Origin: an uncultured virus (IMG/VR IMGVR_UViG_2049941000_000127)
Taxonomy: Duplodnaviria; Heunggongvirae; Uroviricota; Caudoviricetes
IMG/VR virus record: IMGVR_UViG_2049941000_000127
DNA length: 32,726 bases
Direction: 5' to 3' (one strand)
The notes beneath the pieces are model-generated. The model was not told where the DNA came from. It saw nothing but the letters and a program-made list of their open reading frames with translations, and searched no databases. Below are positions 1-8,130 of this stretch, one piece after another. The translations under genes were made by a program, and so were the position numbers. Numbering within the stretch: the first letter of the stretch is position 1; each line of letters begins with the position of its first letter.

Positions 1-45
1 CAAGTACGCGATTTATGTCCTCTCCGTTTGCAAATTCTTGTAGAT

Positions 46-249
46 TCATCCTATTCTCCCTATTATCCCGGCTAAAAATAAGTCCGTAAAGTGCTGTGCC
101 TGTGCCTTTGTAAATCCTTCGTCAATGAGTGCCGTATAATAACCCCTTGTGGCTCTTGCAAGTTGCTTTCCGGCTTCTTCCATATCGTTTACCATACTTT
201 CACCAACCATATACTGCAACATCTTCTTAAAGTTCTCTTTTCCGTCCAC
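46..249 (-). CDS. hypothetical phage protein (67 aa), strain-variant contig
   Basis: ORF with GTG start; its stop overlaps the ATG of a variant copy of the 4371-4583 gene (1-60 resembles 4535-4594). Confidence 0.6.
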   Translation of the reverse strand: MDGKENFKKMLQYMVGESMVNDMEEAGKQLARATRGYYTALIDEGFTKAQAQHFTDLFLAGIIGRIG

Positions 250-280
250 CGTTTATCATCCCGCCGCCCCNNNNNNNNNN

Positions 281-458
281 TCCCGTTTCGGGATCATAAC
301 CTTCGGGTCTGCGATCATCCTGCCAATCCGTAAATTTTTTACGGCACTTCTCACTACTGTAATGGTAGAAATAACATTGTACCGTGCTTACTGTTCTTTC
401 AAGTTCTCTGGCTATGTCTTCCCACTCCATGTGATCTTCTTTGCGCATCTTATAGATT
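281..458 (-). repeat. strain-variant duplicate of the 3' part of the HTH gene at about 3546-3722
   Basis: Near-identical sequence with scattered SNPs, flanked by 10-N gaps. Confidence 0.9.
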
Positions 459-468
459 NNNNNNNNNN

Positions 469-645
469 TGCCACTTTGCCGTTAATGTATGTTTTTACTT
501 GTATCGAGTCCGGGTCGATCCCGTAGCCGTTCACAAGATCACACGTTACTTTGATAATGTCTTGTGTATCATATACCGTGTATCGGAAAACAATATCACC
601 CGCCCGGCTTCCTTCTGCTATAATCTCATAATAGATTCTGTCCAT
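469..645 (-). CDS. hypothetical protein, truncated by gap (MDRIYYEIIAEG...)
   Basis: ATG overlaps the stop of the upstream gene; open until the gap at 468. Confidence 0.6.
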
Positions 646-1154
646 TATTCCGCGCCCCCTTCCTTCTCACATGGTATATCAGTAAGGACATAATCCCATG
701 ATGTACCATAATGAGTAACGCCCCAAATATAAACATCAAGTGTTTCGCAATAATAAACTAACTCGTTTGTGTAGTCCTTCAGGATATCCGCGCCATTATC
801 CGAGATAATATACCACTGGAAAACTTCAGGATAATTATATTCCTGCTCTTCGAGTTCTTCGATCTGTTCTTCAAGTTCACGAATTGCCGCGCTTGTCTGC
901 TCGTCCTGCTCCGTTGTCGTATCGTCTGTTATAGCGTCTTCAAGTTCTTCTATCTTTTCCCGGAGTTCTTCAATCTCTTCTGAATTATCAATTATCCCGT
1001 TGACCTGTTCAAGTTCTTCAGGGAACGCTTCAAAGATATTATTGCAAAGAACCGCATCAAAGCTTTTCGCAAGTGTCGCATAATCAATGTAGCCGTTTTC
1101 CCTGCCGTATTTGCTAATCTCGTTACCGCAAAAGTATTTACCAAATGTAATCAT
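645..1154 (-). CDS. highly acidic hypothetical protein (about 170 aa) with central coiled coil
   Basis: Clean ORF; likely ATG at 1154 (MITFGKY); about 44 D/E versus 11 K/R by hand count of the track translation; C-terminal YIWGVTHYGTSWDYV. Confidence 0.85.
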   Translation of the reverse strand: MITFGKYFCGNEISKYGRENGYIDYATLAKSFDAVLCNNIFEAFPEELEQVNGIIDNSEEIEELREKIEELEDAITDDTTTEQDEQTSAAIRELEEQIEELEEQEYNYPEVFQWYIISDNGADILKDYTNELVYYCETLDVYIWGVTHYGTSWDYVLTDIPCEKEGGAE

Positions 1155-1165
1155 CTTTTCACCTT

Positions 1166-1306
1166 TCAACCTTTCTTTTCTGCTTTCTTTCTGTCTGTCT
1201 TTGTCTGTCTGCCGTTACAAACTGCCGTTCGTGTGTTTTCACCGCAAGCCTTGAAATATACGCAACCCCGGCAGGGATTTTTAACCCGTTTGACCTGATC
1301 CGTCAT
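1166..1306 (-). CDS. small Cys-containing basic protein (MTDQVKRVKNPCRGCVYFKACG..., 46 aa)
   Basis: Manual translation; GGGGGTG SD-like sequence upstream; lies in the same operon. Confidence 0.55.
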   Translation of the reverse strand: MTDQVKRVKNPCRGCVYFKACGENTRTAVCNGRQTKTDRKKAEKKG

Positions 1307-1310
1307 TTAT

Positions 1311-1406
1311 TCACCCCCTTTTATAAGTCCATGCTCTTTTTGACCTTGCGCGATCTATTAAATATTGTGTTGCTGTCTTCTTTGCTTTCTTCTGCTGTTC
1401 TGTCAT
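1311..1406 (-). CDS. small basic peptide (MTEQQKKAKK..., 31 aa)
   Basis: Manual translation; AAGGAAGG upstream; first ORF after the promoter. Confidence 0.35.
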   Translation of the reverse strand: MTEQQKKAKKTATQYLIDRARSKRAWTYKRG

Positions 1407-1528
1407 TGTCTGCCGTCCTTCCTTTGTGCTATGTTCTGGACTTCCTATAATCAAAACCCCCGTAGTTTTTTATCCGTTTGCCTTGATCTTGTCGGCCGTT
1501 TTGCCGTCCGTCCTTGCTTCTTGACTAC

Positions 1529-1557
1529 ATATTACACCCGTTTTAGTATTTATGCAA
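1529..1557 (-). promoter_or_regulatory. sigma70/SigA-type promoter TTGCAT-17bp-TAATAT with A-rich UP element
   Basis: + strand ATGCAA at 1552-1557 and ATATTA at 1529-1534, 17 bp spacer, T-run at 1561-1567. Confidence 0.6.
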
Positions 1558-2193
1558 TACTTTTTTTAATATATTTACATAAATAGCATTATGCACAAGT
1601 CAAGNNNNNNNNNNNNNNNNNNNNNNNNNNNNNNNNNNNNNNNNNNNNNNNNNNNNNNNNNNNNNNNNNNNNNNNNNNNNNNNNNNNNNNNNNNNNNNNN
1701 NNNNNNNNNNNNNNNNNNNNNNNNNNNNNNNNNNNNNNNNNNNNNNNNNNNNNNNNNNNNNNNNNNNNNNNNNNNNNNNNNNNNNNNNNNNNNNNNNNNN
1801 NNNNNNNNNNNNNNNNNNNNNNNNNNNNNNNNNNNNNNNNNNNNNNNNNNNNNNNNNNNNNNNNNNNNNNNNNNNNNNNNNNNNNNNNNNNNNNNNNNNN
1901 NNNNNNNNNNNNNNNNNNNNNNNNNNNNNNNNNNNNNNNNNNNNNNNNNNNNNNNNNNNNNNNNNNNNNNNNNNNNNNNNNNNNNNNNNNNNNNNNNNNN
2001 NNNNNNNNNNNNNNNNNNNNNNNNNNNNNNNNNNNNNNNNNNNNNNNNNNNNNNNNNNNNNNNNNNNNNNNNNNNNNNNNNNNNNNNNNNNNNNNNNNNN
2101 NNNNNNNNNNNNNNNNNNNNNNNNNNNNNNNNNNNNNNNNNNNNNNNNNNNNNNNNNNNNNNNNNNNNNNNNNNNNNNNNNNNNNNNNNNNNN

Positions 2194-3074
2194 CTACAAT
2201 TCAAAAGTTAAAAACCCGTCTGAATGATATTATTATTGCAACGGGTCAACGGCTCGAACTTATACAAGATCAATCAGGGCTTTACATTCGAGAAAAGACA
2301 GCCGCAACGATATATAACTATTTCGATTATAACGGCTATATTGATTATAATAATCCAAATATACCTTTTATTGTGGGATTCAATCAATCCGGGATTGTTC
2401 TTGATAGTATGGACGCGGCGCGACATATACTGATAGCAGGGACAACGGGAAGCGGTAAAAGCGTGTTTTTACATAATCTGATAACTACTTTTTCTTGCAA
2501 TCCTAACTGCTATTTGTATTTGGTAGACTGCAAACAAGTGGAATTCGCTATATATGAAAAAAACGCTTTGATTGCTTCCGATGTTTTTGGGGATCAATCC
2601 GCGGGGAGCTTTACCGCCGCGCTCGTTGATATAATGCAGGATCGTTATGAACAAATGAAGCGCGCCGGGGTTAATGATTTTAAAGACTTTCAAAAGATCA
2701 ACCCAAACGAAAAAAGACATATTTTGATTATTGACGAATTATCCGACCTTTTGCACGACAAACAAAGTGAGCGGGTTATTGTTCCGCGGTTGTTACGTCT
2801 AGCGCAAAAAGGAAGGGCGGCGGGTGTTCATGTTATACTTGCAACGCAACGCCCGGATGCGTCCGTTATCAATGGAACGTTAAAAGGTAACATACCAACT
2901 CGAATAGCTTTTCGAACAATTTCAAACATGGACAGCCGTATAATTCTAGATCAATCAGGCGCGGAACGTCTAGCCGGGAACGGTGACGGGTTATATTTGC
3001 GAAACGGGGCTTTTAACCTTGAACGGGTACAAAGTCCGTATATATCCATTGACGATATCAGGACTAAAACATAA
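2194..3074 (+). CDS. FtsK/SpoIIIE-family ATPase, 5' end lost in gap
   Basis: Walker A AGTTGSGKS, Walker B ILIIDE, AQKGRAAGVHVILATQRP, GAERLAGNGDG. The frame stays open upstream of the called GTG back to the gap (TIQKLKTRLNDIIIATG...). Confidence 0.93.
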
Positions 3075-3089
3075 TAGGATCATCAGAAT

Positions 3090-3126
3090 AAAAAGAACCT
3101 TGATATAATATCAGGGTTCTTTTTTT
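3090..3126 (+). terminator. rho-independent terminator after the FtsK-like gene (possibly bidirectional)
   Basis: AAAAAGAACCTTGATA-TAA-TATCAGGGTTCTTTTTTT hairpin with T-tail. Confidence 0.8.
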
Positions 3127-3130
3127 GTGG

Positions 3131-3350
3131 GATCATCCCGGCGGCAGATCATCCGCGCAAACATCCGTTTGTCGAACATCCGTTTTTTGAACGGTCATTT
3201 TTTGACCTCAAAATGACGGGTGTTTTTTTACTCCGTTTGACTCGAACATCCATTCGCCAAAATTTTCGGTTTTTGATCCTGCCGTAATTTTTTACGGATT
3301 TTGCGCTAGTACGCGACTTTCGAATCAAAAATCATTAGTACGCGACTTTT
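3131..3350. repeat. largely non-coding convergence zone with short direct and inverted repeats
   Basis: Five CATCC-core repeats; TAGTACGCGACTTT at 3307-3320 and 3336-3349; GTCATTTT/AAAATGAC and CCGTAA/TTACGG inverted pairs. Confidence 0.7.
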
Positions 3351-3522
3351 CTATCGCTTTAATGAGCGCATTATATACGATCTTTGCCCTATCGTGTGAT
3401 ACCCATACATAAATAAAATCCTTATCATCAAAGCTCAATGAGTAGTTATGAAATCTCCCGTTTCTTGCTATATATCGCCTTAACAGAAACAGTATTGCCT
3501 TTTCAAGTAGTTTGTTTATCAT
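3325..3522 (-). CDS. hypothetical protein (65 aa)
   Basis: ORF with AAGGAGAG SD, last gene of the leftward operon. Confidence 0.6.
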   Translation of the reverse strand: MINKLLEKAILFLLRRYIARNGRFHNYSLSFDDKDFIYVWVSHDRAKIVYNALIKAIEKSRTNDF

Positions 3523-4033
3523 CTTTGCTCTCCTTCCTTATCAGCCCCGTTTCGGGATCATAACCTTCGGGTCTACGATCATCCTGCCAATCCGTAAATT
3601 TTTCACGGCACTTCTCGCTACTGTAATGGTAGAAATAACATTGTACCGTGCTTACTGTTCTGCCTAGTTCTTTGGCTATGTCTTCCCACTCCATGTGATC
3701 TTCTTTGCGCATCTTATAGATTTTCTGCGCCATGTCCTTACGTTTGCCGCCACGGGTTATGGGTCTTTTGGGCTTCTCCGGCGGTCTATAATCATCACGC
3801 AATTTGTAAAGGTCTGCGGTCTTAACGTATACCACCCAACCCCTGATGTTAAAACCGCCTTGCAGAAGGGTCTTATACAGCTTAAACGCGTGTACCTTGC
3901 TTCCATGCAACTGACTTACAAGGTGTTCCGCATCATCCCTATTCTCGTAAAATCCGTACAAGTCATACCCACGTTCTGCGGCGGTACGCTCTGATTGATT
4001 GTTGAATCCGAAGAATCCTTGTGAATCTCTCAT
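3503..4033 (-). CDS. helix-turn-helix domain protein
   Basis: MEWEDIAKELGRTVSTVQCYF HTH pattern; ATG at 4033 overlaps upstream TGA (ATGA). Confidence 0.75.
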   Translation of the reverse strand: MRDSQGFFGFNNQSERTAAERGYDLYGFYENRDDAEHLVSQLHGSKVHAFKLYKTLLQGGFNIRGWVVYVKTADLYKLRDDYRPPEKPKRPITRGGKRKDMAQKIYKMRKEDHMEWEDIAKELGRTVSTVQCYFYHYSSEKCREKFTDWQDDRRPEGYDPETGLIRKESKDDKQTT

Positions 4034-4203
4034 AATTCCTTCATCTCTTCCTTTTTGATTGCTCTTGAACAATAATCATCAGGTGAAGGACTAGATAAAA
4101 CGAGTTTGCTACACTCATATATCTGTCCGTGTTTCTCTGCACCTTCTAATGTTCTCCATGCGTTAAAGAATTTGCAGTCTTTGCACTTTATACAATCCTT
4201 CAT
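4030..4203 (-). CDS. small Cys-rich phage protein (MKDCIKCKDCKFF..., 57 aa)
   Basis: Manual translation; fills the space between neighbours with coupled start/stop. Confidence 0.7.
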   Translation of the reverse strand: MKDCIKCKDCKFFNAWRTLEGAEKHGQIYECSKLVLSSPSPDDYCSRAIKKEEMKEL

Positions 4204-4204
4204 C

Positions 4205-4369
4205 CTATATTTCCTTCATTTCATCCAAAATACTTTGCATAGTCTCTAAAAAAAGTCTGGCTATGAGCTTTTGATTTATGTTAGTATCTTTGGCAATTTT
4301 ATCTATTGCCGCACCACAAGCCATAGTTAATTTTTTCACTTCATCAATCATCAATTCCTTATCTGACAT
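4205..4369 (-). CDS. hypothetical protein (MSDKELMIDEVKK..., 54 aa)
   Basis: Manual translation; AAGGAG SD; tight packing. Confidence 0.65.
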   Translation of the reverse strand: MSDKELMIDEVKKLTMACGAAIDKIAKDTNINQKLIARLFLETMQSILDEMKEI

Positions 4370-4370
4370 T

Positions 4371-4583
4371 CTATATCTCCTTCATCCGCTGTCCGATCAT
4401 TGCCACAACCCTATTAAACACCGCCTGACCTTCTTCATGTGTCATAAAATTCATGCTCATAAGGTAGCGGATGTTCTTTACCGCCTGATTAACAAATCCC
4501 TGCGTGAGTACGTCTACTTTTAACCCTAAAGGCTCTAGTACGCGATTTATATCCTCTCCGTTTGCAAACTCTTGTAAATTCAT
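4371..4583 (-). CDS. hypothetical protein (70 aa)
   Basis: ORF with GGGAG SD; variant copy of its start at 1-49. Confidence 0.7.
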   Translation of the reverse strand: MNLQEFANGEDINRVLEPLGLKVDVLTQGFVNQAVKNIRYLMSMNFMTHEEGQAVFNRVVAMIGQRMKEI

Positions 4584-4595
4584 CCTATTCTCCCT

Positions 4596-4894
4596 TCATG
4601 GATTTTTGCTCTCTATGTTCCTGATGTACTCCTGCATCCGACTTATGATGCCGTTATCCACCGAAAGCCCTTCTTCCTTTGACCTCGTCAGATACCATTT
4701 AGCCTTATCCAAGTCCTCTGATCCGTTCTTGTGTTTCCACCGCCAAATGTACTTAAAAGCATTTAGTACGCAAAAATCGTACACCGCTTCGTTTCCGAAA
4801 ATCATCTCCATAGCTTCGATACATTCAAGAGAAGTTGAACTCTTGTAATGTGATCTGGGTTGATATTGTCTTTAATGATTGCCGTATCACTCAT
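4596..4894 (-). pseudogene. DUF3310 (SaV-like) protein with apparent 2-bp frameshift near 4850
   Basis: N-part MSDTAIIKDNINPDH and C-part YKSSTSLECIEAMEM...NAFKYIWRWKHKNGSEDLDKAKWYL are in different frames; removing a duplicated CA joins them. Confidence 0.75.
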
Positions 4895-5142
4895 CCTCTT
4901 ATCTCCTTGTAATAATCGCCTATATTGTTTGCTGTGTTCATCCATTGTCTTGTCATGCGTCCGATGTACTGATCCTTAACCCCGGGGGTATCTATGATCT
5001 CCTGCAACTTATCAAGTACGTCAAGTGCAAGTGCCGCCCGTGTCATTAGTTCAAGGGTTTCTTCATCCGGCATCTGCGAAACCATCAAATCTCGGATTTT
5101 ATCTGCACACTCCTTATGTGTCTGAATTGTTGTGTTTCTCAT
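4891..5142 (-). CDS. hypothetical protein (83 aa)
   Basis: ORF with ATGA overlaps at both ends. Confidence 0.7.
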   Translation of the reverse strand: MRNTTIQTHKECADKIRDLMVSQMPDEETLELMTRAALALDVLDKLQEIIDTPGVKDQYIGRMTRQWMNTANNIGDYYKEIRG

Positions 5143-5390
5143 TCTTTTTCGCTCCTTTTCTGCGGCTCAAAATCCTTGCACTCACCTATTGAATATCCTT
5201 GCGATGTTCCGCTTTCGTGTCCGTCTTTACCGCAAGGACAATTCTCAAATTCTCTGCAATCTCGACAATTCATCTCATTGTATGGGCTTGTCCAATATTC
5301 TTTGAATTGCTCCGCAAGTCCACTAAATACAATCATCTGTTGCCACGCATCTATACCGAATATTTGTATATATTTTTCTTGATTTGTCAT
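5139..5390 (-). CDS. hypothetical Cys-rich protein (83 aa)
   Basis: ORF with ATGA overlaps; CxxC/CPC cluster. Confidence 0.7.
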   Translation of the reverse strand: MTNQEKYIQIFGIDAWQQMIVFSGLAEQFKEYWTSPYNEMNCRDCREFENCPCGKDGHESGTSQGYSIGECKDFEPQKRSEKE

Positions 5391-6091
5391 TCCTTTTCCT
5401 CGCTTTCCTGTGGCTCATAGGGTTCGGGTAATGGCATCCATGCTTTCACTTCCATATCCGTTGCTTTCCACGTATCACCATTGTCATTGTGAAAGAATCC
5501 ACCCTCATACCAACTACTTCTTGCGTGTGCTATTCTGTTAGGTACTTTTATTGTGGTTAACACATAGGTTTTATCTTCGGGCAACCTCTCACTAATGGGT
5601 ATCCACTTCCCCGACTTCTGCTCCAACAACTTGCCGTACTTTGCCCCACACTCTCGGCAACGGTCTGCGAACTCTGTTACTGTTTCCGACTTCTGCGTGA
5701 CGGAAGGCATACCTTTGATACACTTAATCACATCGTCATAGTGTATGTATGGAACATAATGTGGTAGTGATAAATTATCCAAACGGAATAATGAATTTGT
5801 GTCATCAACACCAAACTTATCCCATGTATCTATTGCCTTTAATAATTCTTCTCGGTCTATCGCATCATCACACGGCTGTTGCTCTTTTATTTTGTCATAA
5901 ATCCTTCTTATTTCGTCCATCTTCTTGTTACAATCTTGGCAAGGTGGATAATATGTCGGCTCTTGCTCAAGTGTTTCTAACTCATTAACCGACTCAATGA
6001 TGTCCGACAATACCGCCTTTGTGTTCTTGTCCTCACCGTCCATGTGTGCCTTTATTACTTCCATTACCGCTGTCTTTATCTTCTCGCTCAT
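5387..6091 (-). CDS. mosaic phage protein with C-terminal DUF551-like domain
   Basis: KWIPISERLPE...VKAWMPLPEPY signature. Confidence 0.8.
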   Translation of the reverse strand: MSEKIKTAVMEVIKAHMDGEDKNTKAVLSDIIESVNELETLEQEPTYYPPCQDCNKKMDEIRRIYDKIKEQQPCDDAIDREELLKAIDTWDKFGVDDTNSLFRLDNLSLPHYVPYIHYDDVIKCIKGMPSVTQKSETVTEFADRCRECGAKYGKLLEQKSGKWIPISERLPEDKTYVLTTIKVPNRIAHARSSWYEGGFFHNDNGDTWKATDMEVKAWMPLPEPYEPQESEEKE

Positions 6092-6329
6092 GCTTCTTCT
6101 CCTTTAACCTCTCGTCTAACTCTTTCGCACACTTCTCGCAAAGGATTGCATCATCGTACTTCTTGCATCCGCAGTAATAGCAACGTCTCATTTCCAAATA
6201 CCGCCTTTCCTTTTCACTTATCCAATCCTTTACCGCATCCATTAGTGCCGCTCCGAGTCCTATTCCCAGAAAGAACACCATCATCGTTTGAACTATCGTG
6301 TATAGATTGTCTTTTATTACGTCTTTCAT
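6033..6329 (-). CDS. hypothetical membrane protein with CxxC pairs
   Basis: Hydrophobic segment MMVFFLGIGLGAALM followed by CYYC/CEKC. Confidence 0.55.
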   Translation of the reverse strand: MKDVIKDNLYTIVQTMMVFFLGIGLGAALMDAVKDWISEKERRYLEMRRCYYCGCKKYDDAILCEKCAKELDERLKEKKHEREDKDSGNGSNKGTHGR

Positions 6330-6385
6330 CCTTAATCAACCCTATCGATATGAGTGTAGTTATGACACCTGCCAACCACCCCATG

Positions 6386-6767
6386 CTAAAAACTATCGTT
6401 ATACTCTCGCTCATCTTCTGTCCCCTTCTCGTCAAGTCTGTCAGCCGCTTCGTTGACATATTCCTTTTCATCAGATAACAAGTTCGATGTNNNNNNNNNN
6501 TGGGATGAGCCGTCTTTGATCAGATATCCGTGCTCCCGGAGATATTTGAACATCCTTGTCTGTCCGATCTCGTACCCGTTCTGGGTGATGAGCTTCGCAA
6601 GCTCTCCGATCAGGATCGATGTCTTGCTTGCNNNNNNNNNNTGCTTCCTCATCGATGTCTTCCTGGGTGAACGACTGCGGGACTTCAAGAGCTACAAACT
6701 GACCGCAGAATCTGCATGCCCCCTGAACCTGTTTCAATTCGAATTCATTTTCTGTCTTCTTTGCCAT
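6386..6767 (-). CDS. hypothetical protein split by gaps (N-part 6642-6767, probable C-part 6386-6490)
   Basis: MAKKTENEF...CRFCGQ with AAGGAG SD; interrupted by an inserted duplicate contig. Confidence 0.5.
6501..6631 (-). repeat. strain-variant duplicate of antirepressor segment 7579-7707
   Basis: Near-identical sequence between N gaps. Confidence 0.9.
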
Positions 6768-6769
6768 GT

Positions 6770-7403
6770 TTAGTCTCCTTTCGCTTCATGGTATTTCATT
6801 CTCACTGTCCATCCGGTGCATCCGTATCGCTTGCCAAGCTGTTCGAATGTCATGTGTTCTTCGTCATGTAGCCTGATAACTTCATCCATCGGCAAATTCT
6901 TTTTCTTTCGTCCCGGATTGCGCCCGCTGCCCTTTTCCGGTTTTGGCTCTTCAGGATCCATCCGCTGTTGTGCTTCGGCTATCTGTTTTGATACTCTTTC
7001 GGACTTTTCCTTTTCCCTAGCTGCATAGTATGCCGCCTTGATGTCCGCGATGTCTTTGCGCTTCTTCAGGTCTTCGACGATNNNNNNNNNNTAAAATCTT
7101 TTTCTTTCGTCCCGGATTGCGCCCGCTGCCCTTTTCCGGTTTCGGCTCTTCAGGATCCATCCGCTGTTGTGCTTCGGCTATCTTTTTTGATACTCTTTCC
7201 GACTTTTCCTTTTCTCTGGCTGCATAATAGGCCGCCTTGATGTCCGCGATGTCTTTGCGCTTCTTCAGGTCTTCGACGATGGTTTCCTTCTTCTCGACCT
7301 TTTCCGTGATTTCAACCTCGTCCGTGATGTTCAGAGCGTTCATGACCGCCTTGATCTCTTCCTGTGTCGTGACTTCGATTATCACCTTCATTCTTGTGCT
7401 CAT
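6770..7403 (-). CDS. HTH-containing protein, assembled as two overlapping variant contigs (6770-7081, 7092-7403)
   Basis: About 6899-7081 duplicates about 7098-7280; C-terminal MTFEQLGKRYGCTGWTVR HTH-like motif. Confidence 0.7.
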
Positions 7404-7416
7404 TGTTTGTCCCCTT

Positions 7417-7707
7417 TCATGATGCATTCCCCAAAAACTTGTTGATGAAATATTGCTGTCCCTTGCCCGTGACCTTTGTCGTCTTCGTGATCCGGACAGA
7501 TCCGTCAGGATTCTGGACGTTGCTCTCTTTGATCTCGAAGAGTCCTTGCTGAACGTATCTCTGCATCGGCATATTCCGGGATGAGCCGTCTTTAATCAGA
7601 TATCCGTGCTCCCGGAGATATCTGAACATCCTTGTCTGTCCAATCTCGTACCCGTTTTGGGTGATGAGCTTCGCAAGCTCTCCGATCAGGATCGATGTCT
7701 TGCTTGC
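7417..7707 (-). CDS. phage antirepressor, C-terminal KilAC (ANT) domain, N-terminus in gap
   Basis: SILIGELAKLITQNG...GQTRMFRYLREHGYL...GLFEIKE...TTKVTGKGQQYFINKF. Confidence 0.92.
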   Translation of the reverse strand, partial: ASKTSILIGELAKLITQNGYEIGQTRMFRYLREHGYLIKDGSSRNMPMQRYVQQGLFEIKESNVQNPDGSVRITKTTKVTGKGQQYFINKFLGNAS

Positions 7708-7758
7708 NNNNNNNNNNNNNNNNNNNNNNNNNNNNNNNNNNNNNNNNNNNNNNNNNNN

Positions 7759-8130
7759 AAATAGGTGTCCTCGATTCTCCGTTGTCATACACATTCAACG
7801 TGTCGGCAATTTCTGTCTCTTCCCATCCTTGCCCCCCTAGAATTTCTAGGGTGTCCTTGCTTTCTGAATGTTTTGAAGTATGACTTTTCCGTCTGCGACA
7901 TATTGATTTCCGACTCCCTTATAATCACAAGCGCATAAAGCTCCTACTGTATCACAAGTGCTTCGCTGCCCCCCCCATAGATTCCGCCGCTAGCCTTTAA
8001 TGACGCGCTTTTATCGTTTTCTGTATATTTGTCATAAGCATCCTGACTCACACATATAGACGGATTGATTGTTGAAGGTTGACAGAGTGCCTGTTCTTTC
8101 TCGCTGTATGAGGATTCCTTTACCCCCCCC
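7759..8130 (-). other. array of short frame-staggered Gly-rich cassettes downstream of the C5 methyltransferase core (putative target-recognition modules)
   Basis: Peptides GGGKGILIQRERTGTLSTFNNQSV, SASLKASGGIYGGGSEALVIQ, TVGALCACDYKGVGNQYVADGKVI and FRKQGHPRNS/GQGWEETEIADTLNVYDNGESRTP lie in alternating frames; G-tracts at three of the frame junctions. Confidence 0.65.

Noticed and set aside
1575..2211. Long ORFs spanning N-runs (also around 22764-23469 and 31175-32166)
   Set aside because: Artefacts of translating through gaps; several fuse unrelated genes
3131..3350. Possible mini CRISPR array
   Set aside because: Repeats are only 5-14 bp with irregular spacing, and no cas genes are present
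7861..7946. Possible TAG readthrough or recoded stop after the methyltransferase
   Set aside because: TAG is a normal stop elsewhere (e.g. 25668, 26031) and long genes are intact in code 11; frameshifting at G-tracts explains the layout better
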